Assembly: GCA_049614565.1 (NCBI GenBank)
Contig: JBMZDW010000001.1
Span: 97,249-161,248 of the forward strand
DNA from: Cognaticolwellia sp.
GTDB lineage: Bacteria > Pseudomonadota > Gammaproteobacteria > Enterobacterales > Alteromonadaceae
Length of the DNA stretch: 64,000 nt
Direction: 5' to 3'
The position numbers and the translations under genes were made by a program. This document shows, one piece after another, positions 9,889 to 17,339 of the stretch. The notes under the pieces were generated by a model that was given only the letters and a program-made list of their open reading frames with translations, did no database searches and had not been told where the DNA came from. Position 1 is the stretch's first letter. The number at the start of each line of letters is the position of its first letter.

Positions 9889-11118
9889 CTAGGCCACATC
9901 TTTTTTCTCAGATCCCACACCAAACTTCGATTGCTCAAAGACTTTCGTTTTAAAATTAGGTAATTTCTGCTGAGATTTGGGCAATGCCCTAGCAACTATC
10001 CCAGTCGCTATTAGATCTTTTTCACCTGTATTTGCCACTGATTTAGCTGCTGATAGATCTCTGCACTGCACTGCTCTACAACTTTCACAGGTGAATTCTC
10101 GCACACGTAAATCGAATTTATGTTCGTGCTGACACTCGTGACAAATGCCTGACGATTTCACAAATCGACCTATTTCATGGTACACAGCACCATTCAATTC
10201 CGCCTTATATTTGGTCAGATTTGTGATCATACCCATCACATTATCATTAACCATTTGGCCGTTAAATTGCTGCATACCTTTCACGTTTAAATCCTCAAAC
10301 ACTATAATATCACTGGTCTTGGCTATCGAGCATGATCCTTCGTGAGCGAACGCTAAGCGTTCGCAAGAGATCTTTCCGTGAAGTTTATTTAAGCGTGCTT
10401 TGGTTTTTTGCCAGCGATTTGAACCTTTCTTTCGACGACTCAGCTGGACTTGAATTTGTTTTAATTTGACCGATGACTTTTTAAAGGCTTTTGGGGTTTT
10501 TACGTACCAACCGTTTGAGCCTACAACCGTGTGTTGACTGTTGATATTATAACCCACAAGCGTTGATAGCACTTGTTTTTCGCTCTTGCATTCGACCTCT
10601 TGAGTCAATGAGATATACCATTTTCCGTTGCGCATTTTCACTGTAGCAGTCTTGATTTTGCTGGCTAATTTACGATGCAATACAATCGGCACCTTACCGA
10701 TTTTAGGGATGCTAATTGCACCATTTTTAATGCGAATACAGTTGGAATTATTGACGCATCTAAAGCTATCATCGTGAAGCTTTTTCTGCTTGAAACTCAC
10801 CTTAAATGTCGGAAACTTTTGCAACCGACCTTTAGTGAATGAATTTTTTAGTGCTGTTTCAAGATCGCGAGCCACTTGTTTCGAGCCCGCTGAATCGAAA
10901 GCTTTGAGCCATGAGAATTCGTCGAACTTCTTCAAATCTCGTATCAATCTGCCCATTTCATTGTAAAAAAAGAATGATTTATCGTACCGATATCGACGCA
11001 TATTTTCAGATAACAACAAGTTCCACACGCCACGGGCGTATGAGCCAAACTCTACTAGTTTGATTTCCTGTTCTGTCGTCGGCTTTAGGCGAAAGTTGTA
11101 TCTGACCGTCTTTTTCAT
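9889..11118 (-). CDS. tnpB: TnpB RNA-guided endonuclease-family protein, RuvC-I Asp replaced by Asn
   Basis: N-terminal YNFRLKPT helix-turn-helix, FPTFK, VGYNIN (RuvC-I), IVFEDL (RuvC-II), CHEC/CESC zinc finger, RDLSAA (RuvC-III). Confidence 0.92.
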   Translation of the reverse strand: MKKTVRYNFRLKPTTEQEIKLVEFGSYARGVWNLLLSENMRRYRYDKSFFFYNEMGRLIRDLKKFDEFSWLKAFDSAGSKQVARDLETALKNSFTKGRLQKFPTFKVSFKQKKLHDDSFRCVNNSNCIRIKNGAISIPKIGKVPIVLHRKLASKIKTATVKMRNGKWYISLTQEVECKSEKQVLSTLVGYNINSQHTVVGSNGWYVKTPKAFKKSSVKLKQIQVQLSRRKKGSNRWQKTKARLNKLHGKISCERLAFAHEGSCSIAKTSDIIVFEDLNVKGMQQFNGQMVNDNVMGMITNLTKYKAELNGAVYHEIGRFVKSSGICHECQHEHKFDLRVREFTCESCRAVQCRDLSAAKSVANTGEKDLIATGIVARALPKSQQKLPNFKTKVFEQSKFGVGSEKKDVA

Positions 11119-11155
11119 GTACTGTATAGAGTGCTGTATAAGCAGAGAGTGTCAA

Positions 11156-11555
11156 GTGGAATATAAATCAAACTAAATCACATTGTAAATATCTAATTGC
11201 CCTGCATTTAATTCTTGTGGTGAAATATCGAAAACAATTACTGCAAGGTGAAGTGGGTGATTTTGTAAAGAATAAGATTATAGAAATTGCATCACACTCA
11301 AAGTTTGATGTGGAGGAAATTGAAGTAGACAAAGATCATATTCATGTTTTGCTAACGATATCGCCAACTATTTGTACAGCCAGCTACGTTCGCAGAATTA
11401 AGCAGTCTACCACTCAAAGTCTATGGGGAAAGTTTGGTTGGCTTAAGAAGCAATTTTGGCTTGAAAAAACATTTTGGTCTGACGGATACTTTGTCTGTTC
11501 AGTCGGTAATGCCTCTGCTGAAACAGTTCGAAAATACATCCAAGAACAAGGTTAG
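11156..11555 (+). pseudogene. tnpA: IS200-type Y1 transposase, apparent 5' frameshift
   Basis: HUH motif DHIHVL, FWSDGYF, catalytic Y in KYIQEQG. Homology extends upstream of the called GTG at 11217 (HCKYLIALHLILVVKYRK); the likely start GTG at 11156 (MEYKS) is out of frame by one base. Confidence 0.75.
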
Positions 11556-12023
11556 CTTATCGATTCATCCCACCGACGCCTCTCCGCGTCGATCAGTGGG
11601 TTTTCTCGATAGCTTCGATCAATAGCTTTGATCTCAATATCAAAACACTCAATTAACAGTATCAACTGTTTTAGCTGATCAATTAAGCACTCGTTCAGTA
11701 ATAAATTGGATACGATGATTGCTTTGTCGTGCTTCAATATTTCAGCTTCTTTTATGTTAGTTATACCTGACCTGATCAAGTAAATTCAGTCACCACACCT
11801 TTGCGTCGTTGTTGTTGTAGCTATTTTAGCTATTCTTGGTACCTAAACTTGCTATGCTATTCGCATAACATCTCTTAATAGGTGAAAAAATTAACTGTGC
11901 ATACTACACTAACGGATAGTATTGATATCCAAACGGTATTGGGTGCGATACGGGAAAATCTCGTCCAAAATAGCACCTAGGTTTGCAAGAAAAAACAAAT
12001 AACAACATTTTTATAGCTGAACT

Positions 12024-12680
12024 ATGATGAAGAATGAAGATACTTTTTCTGTTTATGGGATTGAAGAGGAACATGCTCCTATAATTGAGTTAAATGCTGC
12101 TACTCATGAAGAAATAACTGCACTCGTAGAGTATTGCTCATTTGCCTCATATAAGGCTGCGATTCAAACAAACTGGCTTGCGGCTTTGCAGGAGGAAGCA
12201 CGAACACTTTTTTCAAATGCTGTATATGCTGAACAACAAGAACAACTAGCGTATAGCGCTCACGTAACAGGTCTCGGACCTGTCGCAGACCGTTTTCTGA
12301 GACATAAAAGTGTTAGTAACTTATTAACAACCTACTTTGGCGCGACTTTTGAGCTATCAGAAGAGATTAGTTGTCTTACCTTCTACAGCACTTCCGACCA
12401 TTTGGGACCACACTTGGATAAACCAGCCGAACGATGTTCTGTAACAATCATTATATATATTTTCGCAGAAAGCCCAGACCCTGCTGCGACGGATACTGGT
12501 CTTTTATTAAATGTCTACGGTGGCAATCATTCGTCCATAAGCTCTCAGAAACTACAGATCCCTAGTATCCCTGGGACAATTGTCTTGGGCCGAGGTTCAG
12601 AAGTATGGCATGAAAGGCCTCGCCTTAAACAAGGTGAGCGTGTAACAGCAATCACTGGGTGCTTTCATGCGCTATCCTAG
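12024..12680 (+). CDS. 2-oxoglutarate/Fe(II)-dependent oxygenase
   Basis: HxD (PHLD), distal His (WHERP) and C-terminal Arg (ERVTA) with double-stranded beta-helix-like spacing. Confidence 0.75.
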   Translation: MMKNEDTFSVYGIEEEHAPIIELNAATHEEITALVEYCSFASYKAAIQTNWLAALQEEARTLFSNAVYAEQQEQLAYSAHVTGLGPVADRFLRHKSVSNLLTTYFGATFELSEEISCLTFYSTSDHLGPHLDKPAERCSVTIIIYIFAESPDPAATDTGLLLNVYGGNHSSISSQKLQIPSIPGTIVLGRGSEVWHERPRLKQGERVTAITGCFHALS

Positions 12681-12695
12681 AAACGTGGGGCTCAT

Positions 12696-13469
12696 ATGAA
12701 TAAAACAAAATCCGGACTAGATATTTCTGCATTAAGTGATTTAGAAACGGATAAGTTTGGCTTTTATCTTAGAGAAACAATAGCAGGATCACAGATAAAT
12801 ATTAATCATCTTATGGTCGTTAACAGTCTTCCAAAATCTGGGTCAGTATGGTTTATGGCAATGCTCCGTCATTTATTTGACCTTAGCGACGATAAAAATC
12901 CTCAATTGGTTCACGTGAGCAACATAAACGAATTAGTTTCATCGAAACCGGTTTTTGGCGTTGTCGTGCTGGTTCGAGATCTTCGGGATGTAGTCTTGTC
13001 TTGGTTTAATGAAACCCTACGCAATGATATACGGGCGGGTTTTACTAATCCACGCTACCCAACCGTCGAGGCCTTTTATTTTGAACATCTTATCGGCTTT
13101 TTAAACAGTGAAGATCGTTTTGAAAATGGACAGCTTACGAATTGGCTAGACTTCATCACATCGCGCGGATTTCCGCTTATTAGATATGAAGATATGTGTG
13201 ACAACCCGGAACTCGCTTTGAGAAAGATCATGACATTTTGGAAAATTGACATCAGTGATGATGACATTGCTAGAACAGCTAATGAATTAACGTTTGAAAA
13301 TATGGGCAAAGTTACTGCCAACATGGATGGATTTATTCAAAACATTGTGGCGACCGGTCATTTACACAAGGGGCAAGTAGGTCGTTGGAAACGTGAATTA
13401 CCTCCGCGAGTATCTGAAGATATTTCTAAGCGTTTCGGTGAATTTCAAGCAAGGCTTGGTTATTCATAA
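12696..13469 (+). CDS. PAPS-dependent sulfotransferase
   Basis: 5'-PSB loop SLPKSGSVW, 3'-PB motif RDLRDVVLSW, RYEDM, C-terminal KGQVGRWK. Confidence 0.9.
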   Translation: MNKTKSGLDISALSDLETDKFGFYLRETIAGSQININHLMVVNSLPKSGSVWFMAMLRHLFDLSDDKNPQLVHVSNINELVSSKPVFGVVVLVRDLRDVVLSWFNETLRNDIRAGFTNPRYPTVEAFYFEHLIGFLNSEDRFENGQLTNWLDFITSRGFPLIRYEDMCDNPELALRKIMTFWKIDISDDDIARTANELTFENMGKVTANMDGFIQNIVATGHLHKGQVGRWKRELPPRVSEDISKRFGEFQARLGYS

Positions 13470-13708
13470 TCTATTCTATTGCTAAATTTGCACTAGACAT
13501 TAAATTTGAAAATCGATCTTGTTATTTTTCAATTCGGCAACAGCAACCTCTTATTTAGCGCAGTAAAAGATTGAAACAGCTCATGTGGCTCTTACTCGTT
13601 GACGGGTGTGATTCCGTGGAAAGAGATGGATGAATGGACTAATATTTCGTACTTAACCGTGTAAAAAAAACTAAAAAGTACTTTCATTTGACGATAGGAC
13701 AATAAAAT

Positions 13709-14188
13709 ATGATTTCTGGTTTTTCGCACATTGGGGTTTCGACGCACAATATGCAAGCAACGTTACATTTTTATTGTGACGTATTAGGTTGTCGATTGAA
13801 AGCTGATGAGCTAGTCAAAATCGAAGGCGGAGGAACTATTAGACAAGCTAGTATTGACATAGGAAGAGAGCAGTACTTAGTATTTATGGATGCAAAGGAT
13901 GTTGAGTCTATTCCTGAAAATTACGACACAAGTATCAACCAGCCTTTAGGTTTACCCACTGGGATGTATCATTACTCTTTTAATGTCGAATCTTTAGAAA
14001 TTTTAGAACGTTTAATGAACCGACTTGAGGAATTTGATGTTGATGTATCAGAAATCATAAATCTGGATTATATTAAGTCAATTTTCTTTCAGGATCCAAA
14101 TGGATTACAGTTTGAAGCATCGGTTAAAATAAGGGATTTTGTCTCATCGGATATTGGGCGCATTACAGAGGCTGGTGTCGCCAGTTGA
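13709..14188 (+). CDS. VOC/glyoxalase superfamily protein
   Basis: FSHIGV, FYCDVLG, HYSFNV, SIFFQDPNGLQFE motifs. Confidence 0.88.
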   Translation: MISGFSHIGVSTHNMQATLHFYCDVLGCRLKADELVKIEGGGTIRQASIDIGREQYLVFMDAKDVESIPENYDTSINQPLGLPTGMYHYSFNVESLEILERLMNRLEEFDVDVSEIINLDYIKSIFFQDPNGLQFEASVKIRDFVSSDIGRITEAGVAS

Positions 14189-14631
14189 ATATATTTATCA
14201 GGATATTGAAATATATGGGCTGGCCAATTTCCACAGTGGTCCCCTTCTGTCAGAATAGGTGCCGCGTCTGTAAATCAGATAAATAAAGAGGTGATAGTAA
14301 GTGCTCATCGATGAAATTTTTTCCTATGGTGTATATGAAAGCGGTAGTTCAAAAATGGCTCAATAGCACTTTATTGCTGAGTAAGTTTACAAAAGAGTTG
14401 AATCGTAAAGTGGCAGTGTTATCAGAAACCATCGCGTTGCTGGTGCTCAGAAAAAATTAAATGCTTACTGGCGCCCTAATCAGGTCTGGAGTTGGAATGA
14501 GAAAAACAGCCGTAGAATTGCCCCCTAGAAGGGTAAGAAGTTTGCTTAATTTATTCGATTAAAACGCCATCTGTCTTTACAAACGCCGAAACAAAGGCAC
14601 GTAAAAATTTAATAAGATAAAGTAGGATATT

Positions 14632-15624
14632 TTGAACGCGAATGTACACAAATTATCATTGAGTAGAAGTGTCTTTGAGAAATTCAATCAGACAAATACA
14701 GGCCAAAGTAAGTCAGAAGTTCAAAACCAATTGCAAATCTTTGCGAGAAGTACAAAGATTGAAATTGACGGAGAAACAGGACGATTATTACTCTGTGGTT
14801 CTGACTTAACACATCACCAAGCAGACCCATGCTTAATTGAAAATAAAGATACTTTGCCTTTTCCAATAGACAAAGAAAATTACGCTGAATGTCATTTGTC
14901 ATTGCCAAACTATGATTTCTGTATGGAAGATAGTTGGTCAGGATTCTTTGTTGCCAAACAAATGCGCAAATATAGTGACGATGAATCAATAGTCTTCATA
15001 CATTTGGATGATCATACTGACATGATGTCGACTTTACTTTTAACGAAAGAAGATGAACTCATTGATTCACGTAACGATGCTATATTCAACCCAAGAGACA
15101 CCGAAGATTGGATAAATGCCATAGAGGGCGGTGCTGTAGGGATTGGTAGTTTTGTGACAGCTTTGTATTACTTAAAGCAATCGTTTCATGTCTTGCACCT
15201 AAACCACGCGTACGAAAGTCCAAACCAACTATTTGTAAAACCAAAGACAATAACGCATCCATTACTACCGCTTGCGAATTTTGCAACAATTGAAAAAGGC
15301 ACCCAATTTTCACCTAACCAACTTGGCACTTATAGCGCAGCCAAAACGGCCTCCGGTTTGTTTAAAAACATCCCACCTGGGCGGGTGATTGTGCACATAG
15401 ATCTTGATTATTTTATTAATGATTACAATGGAAACATTGGGGCTATCCCCGAGGGAACCATAGAGTCACGTCGTGAAAATGCGCTCTTATTGATTGCAGA
15501 TTTCTTTGATAGTTTAAAAAGGAAAGAGATTGATGTTGACCGCTTTATCATCGCATCGTCGCCAGGCTTTTGTTCCTCCATACATTGGCGATGGTTGCTC
15601 AATCAAATTGAGCAGAGACTTTAA
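14632..15624 (+). CDS. Arginase-fold protein (UPF0489 / peptide-arginase-like)
   Basis: Ureohydrolase metal-binding motifs IHLDDHTDM (DxHxD) and HIDLDYF (DxD), C-terminal SSPGF. Confidence 0.72.
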   Translation: MNANVHKLSLSRSVFEKFNQTNTGQSKSEVQNQLQIFARSTKIEIDGETGRLLLCGSDLTHHQADPCLIENKDTLPFPIDKENYAECHLSLPNYDFCMEDSWSGFFVAKQMRKYSDDESIVFIHLDDHTDMMSTLLLTKEDELIDSRNDAIFNPRDTEDWINAIEGGAVGIGSFVTALYYLKQSFHVLHLNHAYESPNQLFVKPKTITHPLLPLANFATIEKGTQFSPNQLGTYSAAKTASGLFKNIPPGRVIVHIDLDYFINDYNGNIGAIPEGTIESRRENALLLIADFFDSLKRKEIDVDRFIIASSPGFCSSIHWRWLLNQIEQRL

Positions 15625-16819
15625 CTTGCGATGATCCCTTTTCTAGACAATCACTAAATTCGTCGATCACCGCGTCAGTCAAAGTCTTAACATGAATAAC
15701 ACACTCTGTTGTTTCTATTTTATTCTGAGATAGTTGCAGAAGCTCAAACCCTCCTGGACAGACCGAATAATAATCACATTCAGAAGCGCAATTTTTGTGA
15801 CATTCACTAAATTCACTCATAATTTTTGCTAACTTTGCAGAACTCAACATTTCCGCCAAAGTTTTTGTTTGAATATTACCCAACCCTAAACCTTGGCCAT
15901 CACCATAACGATGTATTTCTGTGCCAATATCTAGCCCTGCGTAAAATGTTGTAATATTTCCTTTTGCATCCATGTTAAGTGACTTCAGAGGCGCACTGCT
16001 TTCTTTCAAGAAATCAGTGTCGTTTGTAGGGTCTTCATATGCGGCTAATCGTTGTAAAGTTTGAGTAAAATTTCTAATCGGTAAATATTTACCCGCAGAC
16101 TCATTCTCAGTCCAAAAGCTAAACATCTTTCTATAAAAAGAATAATATAATTGACGGTCTTCTGCGCTGTAGTTAAGTTCTTCTGCGGTATTTATTGGAC
16201 TCGCCAATATATTAAAATGAAAATCTGTAACCACTTTACGTTGGCGTAAGAAATAATCGAAGAAATTTTTTGGATTTGTCATCGTTTTCTTATTGACTAC
16301 TGCAATCAAATTATAAGGAATCCCTCTAGCCTCAAGTGCATACATTCCATTCCGCGTTCGCTCATATGTACCACGCCCTTTCCAGTCGACTCTAAACGCG
16401 TCGTGCACATTTAAAGGTCCGTCGCAACTCACACCTAAATTTATAATATGCGAATACTTCTCAAAAAAATCACACCATTTATCATTAATTAATGTCGCAT
16501 TAGTCTGGAAATCAAATTTTAAAGATAGATGGGGAGCCTTTCGTTTGCAAAACTCCAAGATTCCTTCTACGGCCTCAACATAATAAGTGGTTGGAAGGAC
16601 GAGTGGCTCTCCTGAATGCCAAATTATTACTAATTCATGACCTAATAATTGCTCATTAATCAATTGTTCTAGTAACTGATAAACCAATTCAAGCGGCATT
16701 TTTGTCTTGGTGCGCCTACTTTCCTCACTCAAATCACAATAAGTACAATTAAGATTGCAGAATGGTGTGCCTTGTAAAATCAATTGTTCGACAGATTGTA
16801 AGCCAGAGAATGAATGCAT
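15599..16819 (-). CDS. Radical SAM/SPASM peptide maturase, GrrM/OscB (cyclophane-forming)-like
   Basis: LQGTPFCNLNCTYC (CxxxCxxC), IWHSGEPL, QTNATL, GVSCDGP..HD..R, GNITTF, C-terminal CHKNCASECDYYSVCPGG auxiliary-cluster cysteines. Confidence 0.85.
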   Translation of the reverse strand: MHSFSGLQSVEQLILQGTPFCNLNCTYCDLSEESRRTKTKMPLELVYQLLEQLINEQLLGHELVIIWHSGEPLVLPTTYYVEAVEGILEFCKRKAPHLSLKFDFQTNATLINDKWCDFFEKYSHIINLGVSCDGPLNVHDAFRVDWKGRGTYERTRNGMYALEARGIPYNLIAVVNKKTMTNPKNFFDYFLRQRKVVTDFHFNILASPINTAEELNYSAEDRQLYYSFYRKMFSFWTENESAGKYLPIRNFTQTLQRLAAYEDPTNDTDFLKESSAPLKSLNMDAKGNITTFYAGLDIGTEIHRYGDGQGLGLGNIQTKTLAEMLSSAKLAKIMSEFSECHKNCASECDYYSVCPGGFELLQLSQNKIETTECVIHVKTLTDAVIDEFSDCLEKGSSQVKVSAQFD

Positions 16820-16847
16820 AATTTGATATTTTCAGTGGATTGGGAAC

Positions 16848-16883
16848 AAAAAAAGGCTGGTCAACGAAAAAACTTAACAGCCT
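16848..16883 (-). terminator. Stem-loop with U-tract between precursor and maturase (attenuator-like)
   Basis: Minus strand AGGCTG-TTAAGTTTTTTCGTTGAC-CAGCCT followed by T6. Confidence 0.6.
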
Positions 16884-16907
16884 CTTTATTGTTACTATGG
16901 GTACTGC

Positions 16908-17045
16908 TTAGCGACGCATCGCCGGGCCCCAGCTTGTTTGCACATCACCAGTCTTAATTGATAGTTTAGCTACACCGCTTTTCTTTTTGCGTAATTCAGC
17001 AGAAATTTTCTTAAGACGTGCATTGAGATTATTATTGGCTTTCAT
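16908..17045 (-). CDS. Putative RiPP precursor peptide, 45 aa (MKANNNLNARLKKISAELRKKKSGVAKLSIKTGDVQTSWGPAMRR)
   Basis: Translated by hand: ATG at 17045, TAA at 16908-16910, AAGGA RBS upstream, 88 nt upstream of and co-oriented with the rSAM gene; single Trp near the C-terminus. Confidence 0.8.
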   Translation of the reverse strand: MKANNNLNARLKKISAELRKKKSGVAKLSIKTGDVQTSWGPAMRR

Positions 17046-17339
17046 TTGATTTTCCTTTCAAGTTAACAACGTTTTTCATTACACGAGAAACTAAAGTTGA
17101 TTAAAACTCACTCAATTTAATAATAGATACAAATTTAATAACTGCAACACAATTGATAGAAATATATTCCATTATTCTTCAGACACATCTATCAGGCATC
17201 TTTGTAATTTGTTAACCAAATATTCAGATCTAATTTTTTGATAAGTGGCACTTGATTCTTATTAATGATAATAATTAGCATAGAACTAATATTCAAAACT
17301 ATAAGTCCTTAATTGATATTTACCCAACTGGAGTCAAGA

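Larger units (their letters stand above)
9825..11617 (-). mobile_element. IS200/IS605-family element with divergent tnpA and tnpB, probably inactive
   Basis: tnpA and tnpB bracketed by two near-identical subterminal hairpins (9833-9864 and 11569-11600). Right end is GAAG-hairpin-GGGTAGTTCAC on the minus strand. Left boundary is tentative (candidate TTGAT target at 11618-11622). Confidence 0.88.

Noticed and set aside
9889-11555. Interpreting TnpB as a Cas12f/CRISPR system
   Set aside because: No repeat-spacer array or cas genes in the window; it has tnpA and IS605-type ends.
14311-14562. Two short plus-strand ORFs (49 and 33 aa) upstream of the arginase-fold gene
   Set aside because: No convincing RBS or motif; the region looks like degraded DNA.
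15599-16819. rSAM as an anaerobic sulfatase-maturating enzyme, given the nearby sulfotransferase
   Set aside because: No sulfatase in the locus, the N-terminal motif is QGTPFCNLNC rather than KPxxxxCNLxC, and a precursor-like ORF lies directly upstream; not formally excluded without an HMM search.
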